Positions 1-6,530 of a stretch of DNA of 9,994 nt are shown here, piece by piece. How positions within the stretch are numbered: the first letter of the stretch is position 1; every line of letters starts with the position of its first letter. Origin of the DNA: a virus (taxonomy: Duplodnaviria; Heunggongvirae; Uroviricota; Caudoviricetes); IMG/VR virus record IMGVR_UViG_2541047778_000017, one strand, 5' to 3'. A model generated the notes under the pieces. That model was not told the origin of the DNA. It saw only the letters and a list, made by a program, of their open reading frames with translations, and did not search any database. Position numbers and translations under genes: made by a program.

Positions 1-420
1 ATGACGGATTATCAGCCATACAGGAAAGGAACTGTGCTTGCCCCAACTGGACCATGCAATCATCTTCATGTGATTTGTAATGATCCTGTTTATTACCCCG
101 TTAACGATTGTTATTGTGTTTTAGTTGTTAATATTTCTAGTATCAAGGATGGTGTCCCCCACGATCCGTCTTGCGTCTTGAATTCTGGTGATCATCGCTT
201 TATCAAGCATCCAAGTTATGTTGTTTACGCTGAAGCTATAATTTGGCGAGTGGATAACATGGTTAGAAAGCAGCGATCGGGTGAGATTTCTGTTCATGAT
301 GATATGCCAGAAGCTACATTCAATAGAATTCTGGACGGTTTTGATATCTCTGATGAAGTTACGCCAAAGAACCTTAAATTTAAAAATAAATATTGCGTAT
401 CATCTATTGATGATGAGTAA
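1..420 (+). CDS. PemK/MazF-fold toxin-like protein (139 aa), apparently complete
   Basis: ORF begins at window position 1 with ATG and ends TAA 418-420. By-eye pattern match to Kid/PemK/MazF toxins: N-terminal Y-x-P-x-x-G-x-V motif (YQPYRKGTVLAPTGP), a VLVVNISS segment resembling the conserved VVPVTS-type strand, and a C-terminal SYVVYAEAIIWRVDNMVRKQRSGEISVHDDMPEATFNRILDGF block resembling the GVV...D...R..G.L....E....VL core. No antitoxin-like ORF lies upstream inside the window. Confidence 0.45.
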   Translation: MTDYQPYRKGTVLAPTGPCNHLHVICNDPVYYPVNDCYCVLVVNISSIKDGVPHDPSCVLNSGDHRFIKHPSYVVYAEAIIWRVDNMVRKQRSGEISVHDDMPEATFNRILDGFDISDEVTPKNLKFKNKYCVSSIDDE

Positions 421-459
421 ACAACAGGAATTGTTTCGGTATAACTTCTGGAGTTTTCT

Positions 460-633
460 ATGGAAGATCAAAAAGCAACCAAGCCACAGCTTAAGTTCGA
501 CACAATGAAAGCATTCGCAGGTATGGGGGCTGCTGTTGAAGTTCTGATGAAGGCTGCTCCTAATGCGTTCACTCACGCTACTGTCTCTGGTAAAGAGCAG
601 CAGGGTAAGCTTCGTCGTCGCAAAGCAGCATGA
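460..633 (+). CDS. small protein, 57 aa (MEDQKATKPQLKFDTMKAFAGMGAAVEVLMKAAPNAFTHATVSGKEQQGKLRRRKAA), unknown function
   Basis: Not in the ORF track (below its length cut-off). ATG at 460 preceded by GGAG at 450-453 with 6-nt spacing; TGA at 631-633; intrinsic terminator follows within 20 nt. Basic C-terminal tail. Confidence 0.45.
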   Translation: MEDQKATKPQLKFDTMKAFAGMGAAVEVLMKAAPNAFTHATVSGKEQQGKLRRRKAA

Positions 634-651
634 TCATAGCTGGTGCTTTTT

Positions 652-680
652 GAAAACCCGCCTTTAGGCGGGTTTTTTCT
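652..680. terminator. bidirectional rho-independent terminator between convergent transcription units
   Basis: AAAACCCGCC-TTTA-GGCGGGTTTTTT: GC-rich stem flanked by an A-run on the 5' side and a T-run on the 3' side, so it can terminate transcripts from either strand. It sits right after the stops of the 57-aa ORF (plus) and the PrtN-like ORF (minus). Confidence 0.7.
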
Positions 681-962
681 TTAGTGATGTTCTTTGCCCT
701 TCTGTTTGCCTGTTCTGACCTGTTCCCACTCGATACGTCCTTCTTCTCGTCTTTTGTCTATGTATTCCGCAAGATCCTGAATATTGATGCAACGTTTTGC
801 TTTTTGTGATGTGCCGATGCGATATGTTGGAACGGGCAACTTACAAGCGTTTGCTTTTGCTTCTGCTGTGGCTGGACTCATACCAAAGTACTTTTGGCTA
901 ACTGCTGAGAGTTCAATGTTTGAGGTATTGAATTCAGCCATCAGTAAAAACAAGGTGTTCAT
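681..962 (-). CDS. pyocin-activator PrtN-like small DNA-binding protein (93 aa from ATG at 962)
   Basis: N-terminus MNTLFLLMAEF... and the ...KLPVPTYRIGTSQKAKRCINIQDLAEYIDKRR block match my recollection of PrtN-family proteins. Start chosen at ATG 960-962 because GGAG lies 6 nt upstream and the longer track ORF (start 1037) would overlap the upstream gene by 35 nt. Stop TAA at 681-683. Confidence 0.5.
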   Translation of the reverse strand: MNTLFLLMAEFNTSNIELSAVSQKYFGMSPATAEAKANACKLPVPTYRIGTSQKAKRCINIQDLAEYIDKRREEGRIEWEQVRTGKQKGKEHH

Positions 963-1002
963 AAATTTCTCCATTATCCCGGCTGCACCCGAGGGTAATA
1001 TA

Positions 1003-1869
1003 TTAATTAATAGCATCTTTGCTCTGAAGTACAGCAAATGCCATTAATACCTCTAAAGTATATCGTCTATAAAACTTAACGAATCCAACATAAAAAACAT
1101 AGACGAAGAAAAAGCTAAGTAGCGTCGAAATAGAAATATAAGACACCGCCCCACCTTCTATAGCACGATAAATTAATGTTAGAAATGATATCCAAAATGT
1201 AATTACAAATACTAAACAAATATTTCTGCAAAAACCATATAATGCAACATAGTTTTGAATTTTTGTTTGATGTTGATTAGAAAATTCATAGACGTAATGA
1301 TAAGCCAATCTGAAAAGATCATCATGAAGACCTGTCCTGATGTTTAATAATTTATCGTCTATTCTGAATTTTTTTTCATAACCTTCTTTGATCATTAGCC
1401 ATGTGGTATTAGCTAATTGAAATGGCAATGATTGTGAATAACATAGTTTTTGAGTGGCGTAATCCCATGGTATTATCGGGAATAACATTACTTTGATTAT
1501 GCAGTATTTTATTTTTCTCTTTGTGTCTTCGTTCTGTTTGTCACTTGATGGTGTTAAGACGTTTTTTTTGTCATCTGATAACTTGTTAAATAGATATTCT
1601 GACGGATATTGTAATTCTTCGTTCATATATTTTTCAATAAAAAATGCGGATGTGATAGATATAAAGTGTCCAGCTATGTAAGATATGATTACTATTGAAC
1701 CATAGTTCAAAATGCCAAAGATTTGACTTTGACCTCTGAGCAATTCAGTTAAGTCAATAACAATATCTAGATCGAATGTCAAACCACAGAAATACATTAA
1801 TAGGATAAAAAAACCACCTGGTATTAAATATCCAAGAAAGTCATAGAATGAGAATGGATTTTGATTCAT
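1003..1869 (-). CDS. integral membrane protein with four predicted TM helices (288 aa), unknown family, in an AT-rich segment
   Basis: Hydrophobic stretches FYDFLGYLIPGGFFILLMYFCGL, IFGILNYGSIVIISYIAGHFISITSAFFI, YVALYGFCRNICLVFVITFWISFLTLIY and AVSYISISTLLSFFFVYVFYVGFV, with a ~125-aa hydrophilic domain between TM2 and TM3. Start chosen at ATG 1867-1869 (GGAG 9 nt upstream) rather than the TTG at 1893 used by the track. The gene and its flanks (about 1040-1975) are visibly far more AT-rich than the rest of the window. Confidence 0.65.
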   Translation of the reverse strand: MNQNPFSFYDFLGYLIPGGFFILLMYFCGLTFDLDIVIDLTELLRGQSQIFGILNYGSIVIISYIAGHFISITSAFFIEKYMNEELQYPSEYLFNKLSDDKKNVLTPSSDKQNEDTKRKIKYCIIKVMLFPIIPWDYATQKLCYSQSLPFQLANTTWLMIKEGYEKKFRIDDKLLNIRTGLHDDLFRLAYHYVYEFSNQHQTKIQNYVALYGFCRNICLVFVITFWISFLTLIYRAIEGGAVSYISISTLLSFFFVYVFYVGFVKFYRRYTLEVLMAFAVLQSKDAIN

Positions 1870-1977
1870 TGTTGCTCTCCAATAATTTTTCAATTTGTAA
1901 TATAACCTATATCTATATGTTAATAAATTACTTATATGTTCTTTTATGGCAGAGTTTGAATTCGTACGTGCTGATTT

Positions 1978-2502
1978 TTACGACTCAGTTAACTCTTTAA
2001 AGCGTTCCATAAACATCCCATAGGCATGGCCTGGCGACAGTGGAATAACTTTGAACATCTCTGTTGCCGGGATACCTTCCAGTACAGGCCAGAAAGAGCC
2101 ATCATCAAGCCCGAGATCGCGGCGTTCGGTTGCCAGCATGATGAGATCGGCATATTTCACAGGCGTGCTCATAACCGTGGGTAACCCGTATTTCTCACGG
2201 ATTACGGCGTCTATTTTTTCTTCCATCCGTTTATAGTCAGGAAGAAGGCGTTTCAGCGGCGTGGGGATGTCCTGGCAATACGCTTCTGTTGCATCATGCA
2301 TTAACGCTTCAAAAGCAAATTCCTGCGGCACCAGCTGGCTGCAAAGCACCGCATGTTGGGCGACACTGTAGAAGTGTGAAAGATGACCGGCAAAGCGACA
2401 GATATTTGAAAGGGAAACCGCGATATCGTTAATCACGATGTCGTCTTTATTTATCCTGTCATAATAAAAATGCTTCCCGGAAAAAGTTTTAATAAATGAC
2501 AT
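1978..2502 (-). CDS. yfdR: HD-domain phosphohydrolase, YfdR-like (174 aa)
   Basis: HD signature present (RFAGHLSHFYSVAQHAV ... LMHDATEAY). Sequence and length match my recollection of CPS-53 YfdR. Start at ATG 2500-2502 with GGAG 6-9 nt upstream (the track start at 2532 adds 10 residues without an RBS). Confidence 0.7.
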   Translation of the reverse strand: MSFIKTFSGKHFYYDRINKDDIVINDIAVSLSNICRFAGHLSHFYSVAQHAVLCSQLVPQEFAFEALMHDATEAYCQDIPTPLKRLLPDYKRMEEKIDAVIREKYGLPTVMSTPVKYADLIMLATERRDLGLDDGSFWPVLEGIPATEMFKVIPLSPGHAYGMFMERFKELTES

Positions 2503-2629
2503 TTTGTTCTCCGCGTATATGTGCTGCACCACGCTGAATTCTGGTAAAAGGAAGCCCTCACCATCCGGCGATTATTGAGTCAATTACGTTTCCATAAATG
2601 CCCCCGCAGGGGCATTTGCAGTAATGAAA

Positions 2630-3454
2630 TCAGGCGGTGAAAGTACCAATAAAGGTTTCTACTTTGCTGTCTTTGAATTTCTCAACAAGCAGATCACGAA
2701 ATTCGTTAGCCATTTCTTCCTGCACCGCCTCCAGCTGAATAATGCGCAGAACCAGTACAGGACGATCGCCAGTGATAATGCTGAGGCGTAATTTAAATGG
2801 ACGTTCTTTCAGACCTTCAAACGGAACGCATTTAAATTCAAATGCCACTGGCATAATGTCTTTGGTCTTCGCTTCGACAGATTCCATCAGGGAGCGTTTG
2901 CCGCTGAAGTCATTATCTTCAAAATCAGCGGTCTGGTTTGCTTCAATCGTGATTTTACGGACTGCCGCAGCCGCTTTTGTTGCCTGAATGGCGTCACCAT
3001 TAGCATCAAAGCCCACAAGATAGTCGGCCCAGTCTTCAATCCATTCTGCCAGTGACTTCTGGGAGTTACGCTCGCCATTAACAGACAGCAGGGCAGAGAA
3101 CGGTGCTGTCTTTTTCAGTTTGAGAGTGGCGGTGTTATCTGCGTGACCTGGTTCATCAATAGTACCCAGGTTAAGCACACTGATGGCTCGCATATTATCG
3201 GCATCGATAAAGCAGCGGGTGCCTTCATCTGCAAGATCTTTAGAATAACGGGTAAAGTCATCGATGCTGGCAGTGGAAAGCGCACCACGGAAACGGAAGC
3301 GATTTAAATTAAATTTTTCCAGATCATGAATGCGGAAATTCTCAGGCAATGCCACAGCATCGGCACCAATCTTACTGATAATTTCATTAACACCCTGAGC
3401 AGAAATAAGGGCATGGATTTGATTAATTGCGGTTGCGTCTAAGTTCTGAGACAT
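2630..3454 (-). CDS. yfdQ: YfdQ-like protein of unknown function (274 aa)
   Basis: Full-length ORF with GAGGA 5 nt upstream of ATG 3452-3454. Length and sequence match my recollection of CPS-53 YfdQ, and it sits between yfdP-like and yfdR-like genes as in K-12. Confidence 0.7.
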   Translation of the reverse strand: MSQNLDATAINQIHALISAQGVNEIISKIGADAVALPENFRIHDLEKFNLNRFRFRGALSTASIDDFTRYSKDLADEGTRCFIDADNMRAISVLNLGTIDEPGHADNTATLKLKKTAPFSALLSVNGERNSQKSLAEWIEDWADYLVGFDANGDAIQATKAAAAVRKITIEANQTADFEDNDFSGKRSLMESVEAKTKDIMPVAFEFKCVPFEGLKERPFKLRLSIITGDRPVLVLRIIQLEAVQEEMANEFRDLLVEKFKDSKVETFIGTFTA

Positions 3455-3519
3455 AATAAGTCCTCACTATATTAAGATATTCAGTGATGAGATAAATAAT
3501 CAGTTAATTAAGAACGATA

Positions 3520-3882
3520 TTAATGACCTGCTGCGCGGAGTTTTCCGTCAGGTTCACCGGCAAGAGTCAGTAATTGTCCCTGGTCTTCCTGCAGAATAGT
3601 CAGGCGACCACCGCGATTGACATACATCGGCGTTTCGGTGGTGTCTTCTTCGGAAATTTTCCCGCGGTTAGTCGGGCGAACATATGAGAGTTTGTGTTTG
3701 ATTTTCACACGGTTCTCATCAAATGGTTCGATTTCCAGGTTGAGCGAGACCTTACCTTTGTTTTTCGTGTTCATCACACCGGAAGCGACTTCACTGAGAA
3801 CAGCGCCGATTTTAGTTTCAAATACGCCGCCGTCCAGCTCCCCGATAAATGCCTGCACATCAGTACTGCGTTCGCTAGCCAT
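3520..3882 (-). CDS. yfdP: YfdP-like protein (120 aa)
   Basis: Start chosen at ATG 3880-3882 (MASERSTDVQAFIGELDGG...) with AGGAG 7 nt upstream. The 62-codon N-terminal extension of the track ORF (to 4068) overlaps the hairpin region and has no RBS. The 120-aa length matches recollection of YfdP. Confidence 0.6.
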   Translation of the reverse strand: MASERSTDVQAFIGELDGGVFETKIGAVLSEVASGVMNTKNKGKVSLNLEIEPFDENRVKIKHKLSYVRPTNRGKISEEDTTETPMYVNRGGRLTILQEDQGQLLTLAGEPDGKLRAAGH

Positions 3883-3930
3883 TTTGCTGCTCCTCATCAT
3901 ATCGACCCTGCAAGGTCGGTTGGTTTCTCC

Positions 3931-4066
3931 ACAAAACAGAGAAGAACACCTGCGGTGGCAGCCGCCCGGATGGATTGGGTTATGAGCCCGTCGTCCGGTG
4001 ATGCTCTTCTCTGTTTTGTAAAAAGAGCGGTACCAGCCGGAAGCAAGTGTACAAACTGGTACCGCC
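3931..4066 (-). other. two adjacent perfect inverted repeats (candidate RNA stem-loops) in the leader of the leftward operon
   Basis: Hairpin A: ACAAAACAGAGAAGA (3931-3945) pairs perfectly with TCTTCTCTGTTTTGT (4005-4019), a 15-bp stem enclosing a 59-nt GC-rich loop. Hairpin B: GCGGTACCAG (4027-4036) pairs with CTGGTACCGC (4057-4066), a 10-bp stem with a 20-nt loop. They lie 49-185 nt upstream of the yfdP-like start codon; no plausible ORF overlaps them. Confidence 0.35.
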
Positions 4067-4496
4067 AAAGCAGTGGCTGTTGTGGTGACCGGTGCTGATC
4101 TCCGGCTTGCGGTTATTTCAGACTCTCACGGGCGTTTAATTGCCCCGCCGAACAGCTCTTTTCCGCAATAGCTGCAATGTCTTTCGCGCATCAGCCTGCG
4201 CATTCACCACAACGCTGAGAGCACTTAGCCAGTTACGGCACCACACTTTGTCGCGGTTCCATAAATGCCCTCATCGTTGCACCCTGGTCTCTTCCCAGGT
4301 GTCAAACCGAACCGCCACGCTGGTTAGGCGTCTTATCAGCATCATCATTGACTTGCACATTCCGGCTACCTGGTTTGTTTGCCCGAGCAAGGAGTGGATT
4401 GTCCCCTTTAACATCCCCAGACCGCTAACGACGCATGTGCCATACGCCGTGTTACAACCAAATTTTGTTAGTACCTTGTTTGTAGGTCTGGAAAGA

Positions 4497-4548
4497 AAGA
4501 TAAAATGAAGTTGCGTATTATGCAAGTGTTTTATTGCGAGATATGCAA
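4497..4548 (-). promoter_or_regulatory. candidate leftward early promoter with two operator-like sites (pL/OL analogue)
   Basis: Two near-identical 15-bp sites, TTGCGTATTATGCAA (4511-4525) and TTGCGAGATATGCAA (4534-4548), resemble TTGCGCGTTAAGCAA in the cI-cro intergenic region. On the minus strand, TTGCAT (-35, complement of 4520-4525), a 17-nt spacer and TATCTT (-10, complement of 4497-4502) would start transcription near 4489 heading toward the yfdP-like operon. Confidence 0.3.
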
Positions 4549-4560
4549 TTTGGTGGGTAA

Positions 4561-4586
4561 TGAAAAGCCACCTTCTGGTGGCTAAT
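4561..4586 (-). terminator. rho-independent terminator downstream of the repressor gene
   Basis: Minus-strand reading AGCCACC-AGAA-GGTGGCT followed by TTTTCA, about 20 nt after the repressor stop at 4605-4607. Confidence 0.55.
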
Positions 4587-4604
4587 TGATGTTGAGGTAG
4601 GGGG

Positions 4605-5297
4605 TTAATTGTGTCGCTTAAGGGTCTGTGACTGACTGATTAAGACCTTTCCAAAGACCATAAACCGGTGTTCGTTTTCGCTGGTAATTCCCCATTCACG
4701 GTAAATCTGGTTATCAGAAATTACCAGTAGTTTGTCAGGTATCATTTGCAGTCGTTTGACATAAATTTTATCATCAAAACCAAACACATAGATACCATCC
4801 CCATCAAACTGATTGATACTGATATCAACGAAGATGAGATCTCCTGGCTCAATGGTTGGACACATACTGTCCCCACGAACGTTGATAACTTTAATGTGAT
4901 TGGCTGGTCGTCCTCCAAACATCGATACAGCATTATCAGTTATGTATTCAATGGCATGAATCACATCAATGACATCACCGCCCTGGATAAGGCCATTTCC
5001 CGCACTGACACTGACATCCAGCATTTCAATACGGAATACATCCTTCACCTGCGCAACATCCTCACCAGTACTGTTTTTACATACAGTATTACTTTTGAAG
5101 TCTGAGGTAAAGAGATCTGCAATATCAACACCTAAGCTCCTGGCAATATTACTCAGGGCTTGTTCAGTGAATTGTTTCTGCTTACCTGTTTCCAGGCGTG
5201 AGATATTCGCCGCATCCACTCCTATTGCTTCAGCGAGATCGGCGATTTTCATGTTCTTCGCCTGGCGAAGTTGTCTGACTCGATTTCCTATGCTCAT
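4605..5297 (-). CDS. phage repressor, cI/LexA-like: N-terminal HTH plus C-terminal S24 autopeptidase domain (230 aa)
   Basis: N-terminal HTH (VRQLRQAKNMKIADLAEAIGVDAANISRLETGKQ) and C-terminal S24 signatures (VRGDSMCPTI with the Ser nucleophile; IYVKRL with the Lys general base). Divergent from a cro-like gene across a 97-bp operator region. Confidence 0.9.
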   Translation of the reverse strand: MSIGNRVRQLRQAKNMKIADLAEAIGVDAANISRLETGKQKQFTEQALSNIARSLGVDIADLFTSDFKSNTVCKNSTGEDVAQVKDVFRIEMLDVSVSAGNGLIQGGDVIDVIHAIEYITDNAVSMFGGRPANHIKVINVRGDSMCPTIEPGDLIFVDISINQFDGDGIYVFGFDDKIYVKRLQMIPDKLLVISDNQIYREWGITSENEHRFMVFGKVLISQSQTLKRHN

Positions 5298-5394
5298 GCG
5301 TTTATTACATTTCTTTATTGCGCGTTAAGCAAATCAACTTGCGCAAAATATTTGCGTGAAATAATATGCTTACCACGCAATATGTGGAGGTTAT
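5298..5394. promoter_or_regulatory. divergent promoter/operator region (OR with pR and pRM analogues)
   Basis: Operator-like sites TTGCGCGTTAAGCAA (5318-5332), palindromic TTGCGCAA (5339-5346) and ATGCTTACCACGCAA (5366-5380, reverse complement TTGCGTGGTAAGCAT). Candidate pR: -35 TTGCGC (5339-5344), 17-nt spacer, -10 TAATAT (5362-5367). Candidate pRM on the minus strand: -35 TTGCTT (complement of 5327-5332), 17-nt spacer, -10 TGTAAT (complement of 5304-5309), ending 6 nt before the cI ATG, which implies a leaderless or near-leaderless cI mRNA. Confidence 0.45.
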
Positions 5395-5655
5395 ATGCAA
5401 TCACCATTACGAAATGTGCGTAAGGCGCACGGATTTACTTTGCAGCATGTTGCTGCGGGTGTTCAGGTTAATCCAGCGACGCTGAGTCGTATTGAAAGAC
5501 TGGAACAAATTCCATCTATCGATCTTGCAGAACGTCTGGCCAATTTTTTTAAGGGTGAAATCAGCGAAATGCAGATTCTTTATCCGGCACGTTTTCAATC
5601 TAGCCAAAACCAGAATGGGTTTAAACCACAGGAACAGGAGGTAAGCCGTGGGTAA
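5395..5655 (+). CDS. Cro-like XRE-family HTH regulator (86 aa)
   Basis: HTH motif FTLQHVAAGVQVNPATLSRIERLEQIPS; GGAGG 4 nt upstream of ATG 5395; divergent from the repressor. Its 3' end overlaps the start of the next gene. Confidence 0.8.
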   Translation: MQSPLRNVRKAHGFTLQHVAAGVQVNPATLSRIERLEQIPSIDLAERLANFFKGEISEMQILYPARFQSSQNQNGFKPQEQEVSRG

Positions 5656-6205
5656 GCATCACTGGAAAGTGGAAAAACAACCTGAGTGGTACGTGAAAGC
5701 TGTCAGAAAAACTATCGCGGCATTGCCTGGGGGTTACGCTGAAGCTGCTGACTGGCTGGATGTAACAGAGAACGCTTTATTCAACCGCCTTCGTGCAGAT
5801 GGCGATCAGATTTTCCCGCTGGGATGGGCAATGATTTTGCAACGTGCTGGTGGAACTCACTTCATTGCTGACGCTGTGGCGCAGTCTGCAAATGGCGTCT
5901 TTGTGTCTCTTCCTGACGTCGAGGATGTGGACAACGCCGATATTAACCAGCGCCTGCTGGAAGTCATCGAACAGATCGGGAGTTACTCAAAGCAGATTCG
6001 TTCGGCAATCGAAGATGGGGTAGTGGAGCCACACGAGCAGACAGCAATTAATGATGAGTTGTATCTGTCAATTTCGAAGCTCCAGGAGCATGCAGCACTG
6101 GTCTACAAAATCTTCTGCGCTCCAGAAAAGAGTAACGCCCGCGAGTGTGCAGCTCCGGGCGTCGTGGCGTCGATTGCTTCTGGTTGTGGAGAAACTAACG
6201 CATGA
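5648..6205 (+). CDS. CII-like phage regulatory protein (phage 186 CII / CP76-type), 185 aa
   Basis: GTG start at 5648 with AGGAGG at 5636-5641 (6-nt spacing), overlapping the cro-like stop at 5653-5655. Position immediately after cro and overall sequence character recall the CP76-type CII family; this assignment is from memory only. Confidence 0.55.
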   Translation: MGKHHWKVEKQPEWYVKAVRKTIAALPGGYAEAADWLDVTENALFNRLRADGDQIFPLGWAMILQRAGGTHFIADAVAQSANGVFVSLPDVEDVDNADINQRLLEVIEQIGSYSKQIRSAIEDGVVEPHEQTAINDELYLSISKLQEHAALVYKIFCAPEKSNARECAAPGVVASIASGCGETNA

Positions 6206-6350
6206 ACAGTTTAACGGCAAATAACCGTTTGTCGCAACAGCTGGTGGTCAGCGTCGCTGAACACCTGTTGTTACGGCATGAATGCAGATTACCAAATCAC
6301 CTGGCTGTAAGTAACCACAGAGAACTTTACCTGACTGTGGGGGGCGAGTT

Positions 6351-6530
6351 GTGCAGGAACTTAACCGCTGGTTTCGTGACGGAAGAGGGCTTTATGTCCA
6401 TGTTATTCGTTGGGAGCCAGAAACACAGCGCGTTATCTATCTTCGCAAAGACTACCCGCATGAGTGCTTTAGTCCTTTGTGGAAATTCAGGCGTGATTTT
6501 GTTGAGTGTGAAGGACCACCAGCATATTGA
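6351..6530 (+). CDS. candidate small protein, 59 aa (VQELNRWFRDGRGLYVHVIRWEPETQRVIYLRKDYPHECFSPLWKFRRDFVECEGPPAY), GTG start
   Basis: Not in the ORF track. Alternate frame inside the long 6202..7353 ORF, bounded by TAA 6312-6314 and TGA 6528-6530. Its composition is protein-like (W, Y, mixed charge), unlike the overlapping long frame. G-rich stretch 6338-6343 could serve as an SD; a LexA-box-like palindrome lies 31 nt upstream. Confidence 0.3.
   Translation: MQELNRWFRDGRGLYVHVIRWEPETQRVIYLRKDYPHECFSPLWKFRRDFVECEGPPAY

Noticed and set aside
281-508. 75-aa plus-strand ORF overlapping the 3' end of the toxin-like gene and the start of the 57-aa ORF
   Set aside because: Out of frame with both better-supported ORFs, no RBS, and low-complexity hydrophobic composition typical of an AT-rich alternate frame.
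784-1047. 87-aa plus-strand ORF antisense to the PrtN-like and membrane protein genes
   Set aside because: Lies entirely antisense to better-supported genes with no RBS; most likely a shadow ORF.
1493-1681. 62-aa plus-strand ORF inside the membrane protein gene
   Set aside because: Antisense shadow ORF in an AT-rich region.
2051-3078. Small ORFs 2051..2236 (+), 2742..2987 (+) and 2887..3078 (-) overlapping the yfdR-like and yfdQ-like genes
   Set aside because: Embedded in or antisense to long, well-supported genes; Arg/Ser-rich alternate-frame composition.
3883-4068. 62-codon N-terminal extension of the yfdP-like ORF to the track start at 4068
   Set aside because: The internal ATG at 3882 has a strong AGGAG RBS and yields the expected 120-aa product; the extension crosses the perfect inverted repeats and has no RBS.
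3617-4098. Plus-strand ORFs 3617..3985 and 3694..4098 antisense to the yfdP-like gene and overlapping the hairpins
   Set aside because: No RBS, Ser/Arg/Pro-rich composition, and they run against the clear leftward operon.
4140-4525. ORFs 4140..4508 (+) and 4271..4525 (-) in the region between the repressor gene and the leftward operon; also a search for an N-like antiterminator on the minus strand
   Set aside because: Neither has an RBS or protein-like composition, and the minus-strand one would begin upstream of the candidate promoter. Manual translation of the minus strand gave only peptides of 30 aa or fewer, with no arginine-rich N-like motif.
4742-5328. Three ORFs (4742..4933 -, 4746..5105 +, 4969..5328 +) overlapping the repressor gene
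   Set aside because: Alternate-frame or antisense shadows of a confidently identified S24 repressor.
5407-5607. 66-aa minus-strand ORF antisense to the cro-like gene
   Set aside because: Antisense shadow of a well-supported HTH gene.
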